From an uncultured delta proteobacterium (lineage in GTDB: Bacteria; Desulfobacterota; Binatia; UBA9968): DNA of 64,000 bases. The notes beneath the pieces are model-generated. The model saw only the letters and a program-made list of their open reading frames with translations. It searched no databases and was not told where the DNA came from. Location of the stretch: contig CAVXEP010000018.1 in assembly GCA_963760795.1 (NCBI GenBank), positions 32,001-96,000 on the forward strand, read 5' to 3'. Within the stretch, counting starts at the first letter, position 1. Each line of letters begins with the position of its first letter. The position numbers and the translations under genes are program-made. Shown piece after piece: positions 53,541 through 63,522 of this stretch.

Positions 53541-54564
53541 ATGTCCAAGCCCGCTATGAAAGAACCGATGGACCGCACACAACTGCACAAAAAATTTGCC
53601 GAGTTGGGGCTGCGCGGCTACTGGCAGAACGAGCGCAATGAGCAGCGCATGGAGCCGCGGCTGTGGCGTTGGAAAGAAATTTATCCGGCATTGATGGAAG
53701 CCAGCGAGGTCATCAGAATCGGCCCCGACTCTTTTCGCCGCAACGTCGGCTTGCAAACCGGCAGCAAGACATTGGCCATGGGCTTTCAGATCGTCCTGCC
53801 GGGGGAGGCCGCCGCGGCGCATCGTCACACCAACACCGCGCTGCGCTTCGTCGTTTCCGGCGGCGGCGCCTACACGACGTCCAACGGCGAACCGATGGTG
53901 ATGGCACCCGGCGATTTGCTGATCCAGCCCAACTGGGTGTGGCACGATCATGTGAATACTTCCAAGGAACCGATCATCTGGATCGATGCCTTGGACGCCG
54001 GCCTGGTCAATTATCTCGACGCCCATATCTTTCGCGAAGAATGGGCCGAGGGCAAACAGCAGCCATTGACCCGCGGCCACGGCGCCGCCCGGCGACTCTA
54101 CGGCCCGGCGCGCCAGCCGAAGGTGGACTACGAAGGCGCCGCCGGCGTTCCCTATCACTACAAATGGCAGGAAGCGTTGGACGCATTGAAAGAACTCGGC
54201 GAGCAAGGCCTCCAAGACCCCTATGACGGCTTGTACATCGAGTACAAGAATCCCATCGACGGCGGCCACACCTTTCTCACCATGACTTGCTACTTGCAGC
54301 TGCTCCAACCGGGACAAGAAACCCGCTTCCACCGCCACACCGGCACGGCCATGTACCACGCCGTCCAAGGCCGCGGCGTCACCATCGTCGACAAAACCGA
54401 ATCCAGTCGACCTCCAATGGGACGACCACGACAGCTACACCGTCCCTCCCTGGCGCTGGCACGCGCACAAAAATCTGTCAAAAACCGAGCCGGCGATCCT
54501 GTTCTCGTTCACCGACAGGCCGCTGCTGGAGATGACGGGACTGGATCGGGAGGAGAATGGCTAG
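53541..54564 (+). CDS. Bicupin, gentisate / 1-hydroxy-2-naphthoate 1,2-dioxygenase-like; apparent frameshift near 54405
   Basis: HRHTNTALRF…PNWVWHDH; HRHTG; alternate frame VPPWRWHAH…FSFTDRP…*. Confidence 0.87.
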
Positions 54565-54773
54565 GCGACCTACCGAAATCTGATCCTTCAAGCCGCGGCA
54601 GCTTGGCACACAGGAACTCCTTGCATTGGAATCGGCGCTAGCCTAGCCACGTCGGCTTTCGATTCTCGCTCATCGGCCACGCGACCTTGGAACTGTTTCT
54701 TGTCCTCAACGGGCACGACATTGGCGCATCCGATACTTCGCTCGAACCGTACTAAGACCTCCCAAAGATTGAT

Positions 54774-55058
54774 ATGACAAATATGAATCCTCACATTATC
54801 GACGTTGCCGGCTGGCTCCCAGCGATCATTTTCCCCGTCGCAACATTGATCCAGCTCATCGCCCTTTTGCGAAGTAACAGCCTTAAAGCTATAAGTCCGA
54901 TGACCTGGACGGTGTTCGGCATCGCGAACATCTCGGTCTACATTTACACCGAGAAATATCTCGCGGTTCAAACGATTGTCGGCTTCTTAGGCACGGCGCT
55001 GTTGGATTTCATGATCGCCGCGATGGCAATCAAAGGACGCGCGCCAGAGAAGACATGA
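54774..55058 (+). CDS. Small three-TM membrane protein (PQ-loop/SemiSWEET-like)
   Basis: GWLPAIIFPVATLIQLIALLRSNSLKAISPMTW; three hydrophobic segments. Confidence 0.55.
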   Translation: MTNMNPHIIDVAGWLPAIIFPVATLIQLIALLRSNSLKAISPMTWTVFGIANISVYIYTEKYLAVQTIVGFLGTALLDFMIAAMAIKGRAPEKT

Positions 55059-55128
55059 TTCGACTGAGTCAGGGTGCGAAAGATTTGAACTTTTTGAAGG
55101 CCTTGAACGATTTGAACGCCCCATGGCT

Positions 55129-56895
55129 TTATTGCGCCAGGGTCGCGCCGATCCACTTCCGCCCGGCGATGACGAATATCAAATTGAATGCGATCAAAAC
55201 CACTAGCATCGCCGCGGAGGAATTGAAGTGTCCGCCAACAAAGGACTCGTAGATGACATTGGCCACAACGACGCTGCCGGCCGACGCCAACATCAAGGCC
55301 ACCGAGAAGTCTTTCGCCGCGTGCACGAGCACCCATAGCCAGCCGTTCATGAAGGCGGGAAAGAGCAAGCGCAGGGTAATCCGCCAGAAGGTTTGAAAAC
55401 TTCCGGCGCCGCTGGTGTGGGATACTTCTTCCAGTTCTTTGTGAATCTGTAAAACCGCTGAGTGCATTAGACGGGTGCCGAAAGCCAGGTAGCGCGCCAG
55501 GAACGCCAGCGTGATCAGCGCCAAGGTGCCATGCAACGGCGTGCCGACGAACATCAGGAACAACGCCAAGGTCGAGATCACCCCGGGAATCGCCAGCGGC
55601 ATGAAGGCCACCAGATTGATCGCCTTGCTCAACGGCGACGGATGGCGCACCACCAGCCAGCCGATGAAACTCACTAGCAGCATGGTCAACGTCGCCGCCA
55701 GCAAGGCGACGATCAATGTGTTGACGAAAAACCTGCCAAAAAAACGATAGTCGAACAGCCGCTCGTAATGAATCAAGGTCCACTTGATGTCGGGCAGATA
55801 CTCGGCGATAGGCGGCACATAGAAGCGGAGAAAGCTTGCGTAGAGCAGCACGGCGAAGGGCAGGACAACTTTGATAATAACGAACAAACCGATGGCGCCC
55901 AGAGCCAAGTACTTCCACCGTCCGAGCTCGATGATTCGCGGCCGATACCCCTTACCGGTTACAACCGCGAAGTCCGATGCTCGGCGGACCAGATGGTGAT
56001 AAAGAAATGTCCCGGCCACGCCCATTAGAAGTCCGAGGAGTCCGAACGCTGCCGGAATTCCGTAGTTCACGCCGAGATCCGCGGTCGGCGCCAGGCTGAA
56101 AAAGATTTTCGTTGCCAACACCTCAATGCCCGCCGTCGGTCCTAAAGCGAGCGGCAACTCCAGACTTTCGAGACCGCTCAAAAAAAAGTATATCGCCACC
56201 GCCGCAACGCCGGGACGCATGAGCGGCGCGGTGATTGTTCGTAGAGTACGCCAGCGCCCGGCACCGGCGGCCGACGCCGCCTCTTCGAGCACCGGGTCCA
56301 TGCGCCGCAAAACAGCCGTCAAAAACAGCCACATGGTCGGCACCATGCCGAGGACGTGAACAAAGATCAGCCCCGGCAGGCTATAAATATTGAACGGCCC
56401 CTCCGCGGCCTCGCTGCCGGTCATCGCGCGTAGATAAACGTTGATGGTGCCGCCGCGCGGACCCAATAATAGAACCCAGCCCAGGGCGGTGGCGAACACC
56501 GGCGTGCTCATGGGAATGAACATGAGTACGTACATGGCGTTGCGCAACGGCATGTCGGTGCGCTCGGTGAGAAAAGCGAAACCGAACGCGATCGGCAGCG
56601 CGAATACGACGCCAAGCCCGGCGTAGATCAAAGTGTTGCGGATGATCGGCAGCAGATCGCTGCCGCCGTAGGCCTGCGCGTAACCTTGAAAAGTAAACAC
56701 GCTCGACGCAAACGGCATCACCCCAGCGGGACGAACGCTGGCGAGCAACATGATTAACAGCGGTACGATGACGAGAACCGTGAGGACGATGAGAACTAAG
56801 ATCGAACCGGTAGATTGGAAATCAAGCCAACGAACTAAGAAGTCACGCGGACGCCCGATCACGCCCCGCGTAGCGAGTTGTTGCGTTGCATCCAC
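55129..56895 (-). CDS. ABC transporter permease, FbpB/ThiP type (two EAA modules)
   Basis: DPVLEEAASAAGAG and HKELEEVSHTSGAG loops. Confidence 0.92.
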   Translation of the reverse strand: MDATQQLATRGVIGRPRDFLVRWLDFQSTGSILVLIVLTVLVIVPLLIMLLASVRPAGVMPFASSVFTFQGYAQAYGGSDLLPIIRNTLIYAGLGVVFALPIAFGFAFLTERTDMPLRNAMYVLMFIPMSTPVFATALGWVLLLGPRGGTINVYLRAMTGSEAAEGPFNIYSLPGLIFVHVLGMVPTMWLFLTAVLRRMDPVLEEAASAAGAGRWRTLRTITAPLMRPGVAAVAIYFFLSGLESLELPLALGPTAGIEVLATKIFFSLAPTADLGVNYGIPAAFGLLGLLMGVAGTFLYHHLVRRASDFAVVTGKGYRPRIIELGRWKYLALGAIGLFVIIKVVLPFAVLLYASFLRFYVPPIAEYLPDIKWTLIHYERLFDYRFFGRFFVNTLIVALLAATLTMLLVSFIGWLVVRHPSPLSKAINLVAFMPLAIPGVISTLALFLMFVGTPLHGTLALITLAFLARYLAFGTRLMHSAVLQIHKELEEVSHTSGAGSFQTFWRITLRLLFPAFMNGWLWVLVHAAKDFSVALMLASAGSVVVANVIYESFVGGHFNSSAAMLVVLIAFNLIFVIAGRKWIGATLAQ

Positions 56896-57005
56896 CTTTC
56901 ACCGCCGACAAGAAATATATCGTTGCTTTAAAGAGTTGCCAGCATCACGGGTTTCACTCTATGCCTGCTACACTTGAACGGCTTGAATCCTGCAGGACAA
57001 GCGCT

Positions 57006-58161
57006 TTATCTCGTGATCTTCTTCTTACTGGCAATGCCATCCTTCAACGCCTGGATGGCGATCTTGCGATATTCGCTTGCCTTCTCCGCGTCTTCTTCCG
57101 TCTTGGGCCCAACCACCTGTTCCATCTTGGTGACGCCGTTCTGGCGCGCCAGACGCGTCAGTGGGAGAAACTTCTCTTCCTCGGCAAACAACCGAAACGC
57201 ACCGGCGCCGGAGATCTGCGCTTCCGTGTAGGTGCCGTCGAATGCGTCCCAAGCCCAGTACAGCGCGGTCATGTGAGCATCATTCACCGGCGGCTTGATC
57301 AAACAAGTGACCGTCGAATTGCCTAGGACAAACTCGGCAAACGCGATGTCCAGCGGCGCGCCGAGCTTTTTCTGCGGCAACACCCAGCTCATCGACACCA
57401 TGCTGACATCACCTTCGCCCTGGATCAGCGACTGGATCAAATTCATGCTGCCGCCGGCGACCATCTTGGTGCCGTTGGCGCCCAAGTTGTGCGCGAATGT
57501 TTTCATGCGCTCGACATCCCACCCCGGCGCGAAGGGCAAAGCGAACAACCCCAACGCCTGGGCGTCCCATAGCACGCGATTGCGCCAGCGTTCGCCGGTC
57601 AGATCTTCCAACTTAACGCCCTTGAGCTCCGCCGCTTTGACCCGCCGTGTATTGTAAACCAGCGACCAGTTACCCATTTGCGCGTGCATGCAATGATCGC
57701 TCAACACCGTGCCGTCCGGCCCGCCACCGATCTGCGGCACCACCGAGCGCAATTTTTTCGCCAGCGGCCATCCCTCGTAAATCGCGTCCCAGGGCGGCCG
57801 GCGCGTGTTGCCGGCGCGGAACATGCCAAGGATCAGCGGCGTTCCTCCGTCCCACGAGTCGATCACACCGCGCCCCGACTTCGCTGACTCGATGACTTTC
57901 ACCGGCATGTCGCGATGATGGCCGGGCTGGGATTCGAGTTTCACCGGAAAGCCGAATTTCTTTTCGAAGGCTTTTTCCTTACCGCGAACTACGTCCGGCT
58001 CGGTGGCCTCGAGCGCCAGCGTTACCGTCCGGCTCGACGCCTTAGCCTTGGCGATCAGATCTTTCAAATTCGCCGAATCGCCCGGCGCGCCCTGAGCGGC
58101 AAGAATCAGCGTGGGCGCCACCAGATAGAAACAGAGCTACAAAATAATATTTCATCTTCAT
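57006..58161 (-). CDS. ABC transporter substrate-binding protein; apparent frameshift in the signal peptide near 58125
   Basis: MKMKYYFVALFL signal; FEKKFG, VYNTRRVK, GEGDV; upstream of the permease. Confidence 0.75.
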
Positions 58162-58374
58162 GGCAGGTCTCCCATTCTTTCCCCCGTTTACGGTCTCGCT
58201 CCTTCGGTGATGAGACACGAGTCCCGTCATGCTCGGACAATCGGCCATCCAGACCATCACCACCTGGATACCGTTTTTCAACGGTATGACGGACGCTGTC
58301 CGTCATCTGGATTCCGCATCCGCGGGATGACGAAAAATTTCCCGCATCAACAACGGTTAGAATCACCAGCTTGT

Positions 58375-59622
58375 TTATCCCGACAGCCGCGCATCGAACT
58401 TTTCGATGCTCATCCCCTGCATCGCCTGGCCATAGCGGTCGAGATCGGCGCTGGCGTCCAGGTGAAAATATTTAACCGCGTTGTCGAGCACCATCTTTTG
58501 TCGTTCGAGGGCGGCCACGCCGACGAAGGTTTCAGCGAGCATCCGTTGCGAGTTAGGCCAGTCGCCGGTGGCATGGGCGAAGTCGCTGCCCCAAAGCAGA
58601 ATATCGACGCCGATCTCGTGGCGGCATTTGATGCCCCAGGCATCGCGCATAAAACCCCACAGGCAGTGCTCCTTCAAATACTCGCTCGGCCGCCGCTTCG
58701 GCCCTGTGAAAGCGAAATCGCGCTCACCCCAATAGCGGTTGCGCTCGTAGTTGTCGTCGATCTGATCGAAGCTGTAGGGCAGCCAGCCGCACTGGCTCTC
58801 GGCCCAGTAGATTTTCAGGCGAGGAAAGCGGTCGAAGACGCCCGCCATCGCCATCTGCAACGGCGCCATGGGCTGCTCGCCGGCGAAGCGAAACAACAGC
58901 GACACTGGATCGCGTTCGCCGCCGCCGGGCTTGACCAACGTGCGCGGGTACTGAAAGACGCCATCGTTTTTCGCTCCGAGCCGGGTCGTGCCGCCGTTGG
59001 TATGGGAAGTCACGCAGATGTCGAGATCGAGGGCAGCGGACCAGAACTTGTCGTCGTCGGCCGTGACGTAACCTTTGCCGTTCGGGAAACGGTGGAGATT
59101 GACGCCCTTCAATCCAGCCGTGGCACAGTAGGTCATCTCGGCGATGGCGTCGTCGACGCCGGTGTCGGGGATCACGCCCATGCCGAGCAAACGATGGGGA
59201 TTGTAGGCGCAGTATTCTTCGGCAAGCCATTCGTTATAGGCGCGGATCATCGCCTTGTAGGCATCATCGTCAGCGATGCCGCGCCAAAACTCGGCGTAAC
59301 TGCCGTGCGAGTAGAGAACCTCCGCATCGACACCGTCTTGATCCTGCTCCCATAGCCGTTGCTCGGGCGCGCCAGTCCCGGGTCCTTCGAACCAATATTT
59401 TTGCAGGCCGTGCTTTTCGTAGGGCAGTCCCGTAATGGTGGTCGCCCCCGGACTACGCGGCGGCCGGTTCTCGACGAGAATCCCCTCGTTGCCGTTGGCG
59501 AGGATCACCGTGCGCGGCGCCCGTTCGCGCCAGCGCTTCGGCACCCGCGGCGTCCAGCGCTCGGGGCGAATGTCGAGATGGGAATCACTGGAAATACATT
59601 GGTAATGGCGGGGCATTGACAT
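58375..59622 (-). CDS. Amidohydrolase family protein
   Basis: SSDSH, GVFDRFPRLKIYWAESQCGW, WGSDFAH; paralogue of 49898..51043. Confidence 0.92.
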   Translation of the reverse strand: MSMPRHYQCISSDSHLDIRPERWTPRVPKRWRERAPRTVILANGNEGILVENRPPRSPGATTITGLPYEKHGLQKYWFEGPGTGAPEQRLWEQDQDGVDAEVLYSHGSYAEFWRGIADDDAYKAMIRAYNEWLAEEYCAYNPHRLLGMGVIPDTGVDDAIAEMTYCATAGLKGVNLHRFPNGKGYVTADDDKFWSAALDLDICVTSHTNGGTTRLGAKNDGVFQYPRTLVKPGGGERDPVSLLFRFAGEQPMAPLQMAMAGVFDRFPRLKIYWAESQCGWLPYSFDQIDDNYERNRYWGERDFAFTGPKRRPSEYLKEHCLWGFMRDAWGIKCRHEIGVDILLWGSDFAHATGDWPNSQRMLAETFVGVAALERQKMVLDNAVKYFHLDASADLDRYGQAMQGMSIEKFDARLSG

Positions 59623-60045
59623 TACCTCCTCCTCAGTGCTCTCGGATAATTATCCCGCAAAGGCGCAAAGACGTTAAGTGACCGGGCACCACCCGTCATC
59701 CCGAGTGGAGCCGGAATTCGTCTTGGGATTTTTTTTTGCGTCCCTTATTGCGTTCTTTGCGGCCATTCTCCTTTTCGGTTGCGGCTTCGCCGCGCTAGGC
59801 TCTTTGCGGTTAATGTTTCCTAATCCGAATGTTTGTCTAACCGTCCAAATGGAAAACCCTTATCACGTTACGGCCGGCATCGCGTAGCACTCATCTTCCG
59901 GCACGCCGGCACCCGATGGGTCCAGCGATCCGGCGGCAGATCCAAATGCGCATCGCCGGAAATAATCTTGTACGTCACCGCCATTACATCTCTCTCCGAA
60001 TCCTCAACGATTTGAACGGCTTGAACGTTTTGAACCCATTAAATT

Positions 60046-62241
60046 CTAAGTCGTCAGTTTCTTATAAAGCTGCGGCAAGCGCCGCGGCAACAAACTCACA
60101 TCGGCCAATACTTCGTAACTGAAGTCATCCATCATGGTGCGCAAATAATCGTTGCCGTCCTTATCCACAGTCAGACAAAATGGATGAATGCCCTCGCGCC
60201 GCGCCTCGATCATCGCCATGCGCGTATCCTGCACCGCGTGAGCCTTCTCGGCGCCCTCTTGAGAATAGCCGCGATCCTGCGGCCGGCCGTCGCTGATCAA
60301 GAACAGAAATTTCGAATGGCTCTGCTGTTTGCGCAGCTTCGCCGTGGTATGGCGGATCGCCGGACCCATACGCGTGGCGTGGAGCGGACCGATGCGGCCG
60401 AAGCGTTTGGCGATGTCCATGGAAAACGACTCTTCTATATCCTTGATCACGTAGAACTCGACGTTGTCGCGGCCATGGCCGGAGAAACCGTAAACCCCGT
60501 AGCGGTCGCCGATCGCCTCGAGGGAATCCATCATCAAAACAATCGCCTCTTTCTCGACGTCGATGATGCGCCGCTGCGAGCGCTCCGCGCCTGGCGCGTT
60601 GCCGGGGAGCGGTTTGTCGCTGGCGGTCTTGATCGCCTCACCCGTCGAGCCGCTCATGTCGATCAAGAAAGCCACCGCGACATCGCGCTCGATCTTATGA
60701 TGGCGCCAGAAGATTTTTTCCGAAGGACTGATGCCGATACGGAAGTCGGTCAGCGCCTCGATGGCCAGGTCGAGATCGTGATCCGAACCTTCCGGCAAGC
60801 GTTTTTCCTTGTGATAGAGTTCCGGCACCACCTGCTCGAACTCGCGGCGAATCTGCTGCGACAAACCGGCGTGGCTCAACAACGTCTCGCGGTAAAAGGT
60901 CAGATCGCCGCTGCCCAGGCTTTTCTCGTAAACCTTGCACCAGCGTTCGCGATATTTACGCGCCGCGGCGTCCCATTCGTCGTAGATAAAAGTATTCGGC
61001 TGAGTCGCCGACAACGGCCCGGAGTCGTCATCGTTACTGGGCGACGGCCGGCGCGTCACGCTCTGCATGCGCGGATCGCGCTGGTCGAGTTCCTTCAAGA
61101 GGTTCTGCACCATCTGGCTGGTCTGGGGATCCTGCTCGTCGCCGTTATCTTCGCCGTCGCGCGGTTTGGGCGCGCGCTGGCTGCGCAGCAAATCCGCCAG
61201 CTCTTCCGGCGTCAGAGATTTGCGCTGCTCGCGCGAATTGGCCTGCGCCTTGGTCAGCAACTGCGCCAGCTCCGGGCGAAACTCGCCGCGGTAATCGACC
61301 CCCTGCGGCGCCAGATATTCTCGCTCACGCCCAGTCAATTCCGGCAGCACCGCGATTTCTTCTTTATCCTCCCAACGGTTTGAACGACTTGAACGTTTTG
61401 AACGGCTTGAACTCTTATCTGCCAGCTCCAGAAAGATGAACTGCTCTTCAGCCAAGTAGTCGTTTTTGACCCGCGCCAAGCGCGCATAGATCCGTAATGT
61501 CGCTTCCGCGGCGTCTTCCACCGTGGCGGTTTTGCCGCCGACGAGCCGCATCATCGCCCGGATATCGCGGGCAACGGCCGCCTGCTTCTTGGGGACTTTG
61601 ATGCCATCGGCGCGGCCTAGACTGAGCCGAATCATAAATTCCAACAGCGCTTCGCGGGCCGGCAGATAGATCGATTCCTGGCGTAGCGCCAGCGTGCGCC
61701 CACGCATCGCGCTGTAAGCGACGGCGATGCCGCGGTATTCCAGCATAATGCGCGCTTCGACGCGCGCGCTCTCGACGATGGAGAAAATGTCCAGCGCCAG
61801 CCGCTTATTGGGGAATAGGCGAAAAAACCGCGTCAGCTCGGTGACCGCGGCCTGCTCGTGATGCCCTTCATGGCCATGATCGTGGTCGTGATATTCCGCC
61901 GGCGCTTTAAACTGCGGCCGCAGATCGGTGAATTGCGTCGACGGCCGCTCGAACTCGAACTCAAAGCTGCCGAACTCGAGATGGCCGGCCTGCTGGGTGA
62001 GCATGACTTTGAGATAATCATAGTTCTCAGCCTGGGCGTCGAAGCGCTCGACGACAGCAGGTAGAAAAATCGCCGCCCCGTCGCTGGTGGCGACATCGCT
62101 CTTCGACCAACCGATGTTCTTATCGACAAGCTGCTGCAGATCCTGCAGCTCGACGCGCCGCTCGGTCAACGCATGGCAATAAAACCCCAACATCTCACGG
62201 ATCGGCGCCAGCTCAACGGCAGGTGAAATGATCGCAGACAT
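60046..62241 (-). CDS. NorD/CbbO-like VWA-domain protein
   Basis: FIYDEWD, MIDAS DMSGS, TRMGPAIRH, LISDGRPQD, PFCLTVD. Confidence 0.9.
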   Translation of the reverse strand: MSAIISPAVELAPIREMLGFYCHALTERRVELQDLQQLVDKNIGWSKSDVATSDGAAIFLPAVVERFDAQAENYDYLKVMLTQQAGHLEFGSFEFEFERPSTQFTDLRPQFKAPAEYHDHDHGHEGHHEQAAVTELTRFFRLFPNKRLALDIFSIVESARVEARIMLEYRGIAVAYSAMRGRTLALRQESIYLPAREALLEFMIRLSLGRADGIKVPKKQAAVARDIRAMMRLVGGKTATVEDAAEATLRIYARLARVKNDYLAEEQFIFLELADKSSSRSKRSSRSNRWEDKEEIAVLPELTGREREYLAPQGVDYRGEFRPELAQLLTKAQANSREQRKSLTPEELADLLRSQRAPKPRDGEDNGDEQDPQTSQMVQNLLKELDQRDPRMQSVTRRPSPSNDDDSGPLSATQPNTFIYDEWDAAARKYRERWCKVYEKSLGSGDLTFYRETLLSHAGLSQQIRREFEQVVPELYHKEKRLPEGSDHDLDLAIEALTDFRIGISPSEKIFWRHHKIERDVAVAFLIDMSGSTGEAIKTASDKPLPGNAPGAERSQRRIIDVEKEAIVLMMDSLEAIGDRYGVYGFSGHGRDNVEFYVIKDIEESFSMDIAKRFGRIGPLHATRMGPAIRHTTAKLRKQQSHSKFLFLISDGRPQDRGYSQEGAEKAHAVQDTRMAMIEARREGIHPFCLTVDKDGNDYLRTMMDDFSYEVLADVSLLPRRLPQLYKKLTT
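61377..61412. repeat. Nonamer array (gnnttgaac x4) in frame inside the NorD-like gene
   Basis: ggtttgaac gacttgaac gttttgaac ggcttgaac; encodes SSRSKRSSRSNR. Confidence 0.85.
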
Positions 62242-62444
62242 GGGAGGATTGGCCGCAAAGAACGCAAAGTTCGCAAACTATGAATTGCTAACAACCTTCG
62301 CGCTCAATCTCGTCCTCGTGCTCTTCGCGTCCTTCATGTTGAATAGCAAGTCTCTGTTGGATCTCTAATTGCCGGTTTGCCGCTTATTAAGATTCTTCGT
62401 TTGCGAGCTTTGCGTTCTTTGCGGCCATTCTGTCTTTGGTATTC

Positions 62445-63341
62445 TCACGGGAAGATTGCCGTGACGACTTCTTCTAAACTTCGCTGCACTTGCGGGTCGT
62501 CGGTGATGCCCCAGGTGACCGCCACCTGGCAGGCGCGGCGCGGCGCGATGCCTTCCTTGATCAAGCGGCCGGCGTAGATCAATACGCGCGTGCTCGCGCC
62601 CTCTTTCAAACCATGCTCGCGCAAGTTGCGCACCTTGTGGCCGAGCTTGGCCAGTTGCACGGCATTCTGCTCGTCGACGCCCGATTCATGCTCGATAATT
62701 TTCGCCTCGCGCACGCTATCCGGGAACTGAAAGTCGAGAGCGACGAAGCGCTGGCGCGTGCTATGTTTCAAATCCTTGAGCACGTTCTGATAGCCGGGGT
62801 TGTACGACACCACCAGCAAGAAATTATCCGCCGCTTCAATGACTTCGCCCAACTTATCGATCGTCAACAGCCGGCGATGATCGGTCAACGGATGAATGAT
62901 CACGGTCGTGTCTTTGCGCGCCTCGACGATTTCGTCGAGATAGCAAATCCCGCCGACCCGAACCGCCCGCGTCAGCGGCCCGTCGATCCAGCGCGTGCCC
63001 TTGGCGTCGAGCAAATAGCGCCCGACCAGATCGCTGGCGGTCAAGTCTTCATGGCAGGCCACGGTGACCAGAGGCACCGCGCCGTTGCCAGCGACGTCGC
63101 CATTCTTCGCACCTTTGGCGCCGTCTTTGACGATGCTCAACGGCTGGCCCAGTTTCCACGCCATGTATTCGACGAAGCGTGTCTTGCCGGTGCCGGTGGG
63201 GCCTTTGAGTAGTACCGGCACGCGCTGGCGGTACGCCGCTTCGAAGATCTCCACCTCATCGGAGCTCGCCACATAAAACGGCTGCTCCTTGACGATATAC
63301 TCTTCAATCCGGTACTGCTGCGCTGATGGCTGGGTCGACAT
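62445..63341 (-). CDS. CbbQ/NirQ/NorQ family MoxR AAA+ ATPase
   Basis: KGPTGTGKTRFVEYMA, CHEDLTASDLVGRY, YLDEIVEARKDT, SYNPGYQ, STRQRF. Confidence 0.94.
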   Translation of the reverse strand: MSTQPSAQQYRIEEYIVKEQPFYVASSDEVEIFEAAYRQRVPVLLKGPTGTGKTRFVEYMAWKLGQPLSIVKDGAKGAKNGDVAGNGAVPLVTVACHEDLTASDLVGRYLLDAKGTRWIDGPLTRAVRVGGICYLDEIVEARKDTTVIIHPLTDHRRLLTIDKLGEVIEAADNFLLVVSYNPGYQNVLKDLKHSTRQRFVALDFQFPDSVREAKIIEHESGVDEQNAVQLAKLGHKVRNLREHGLKEGASTRVLIYAGRLIKEGIAPRRACQVAVTWGITDDPQVQRSLEEVVTAIFP

Positions 63342-63522
63342 TCGATGGTTTCACTCTCAAAAAATTGATTTCAAAAACCGTAACCGATGGCCCAAGCCGT
63401 GTCAAACCAGTGGTTGGCGTGACAGCCAAGGCGCCGCCCCCTAGACAAGATCAATGCGGCGCGTTGACACTCCGCTCGTTCTAACGATAGATTAGCCAAC
63501 AAATTCGCTCGAGGAGAAAAAC

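Noticed and set aside
53373-54368. N-terminal half of the 655-aa ORF 52401..54368 as a fusion
   Set aside because: It is the antisense shadow of the cupin gene; the aldolase has its own RBS and ATG at 53372
51468-61383. Long opposite-strand ORFs (51468..52694, 58207..59355, 60184..61383; also 28235..29287 and 47839..48762)
   Set aside because: They overlap well-supported genes, show no motifs, and are expected shadows in high-GC DNA
10694-61412. Short repeat arrays as CRISPR arrays
   Set aside because: Units are 7-9 bp and contiguous, with no unique spacers and no cas genes
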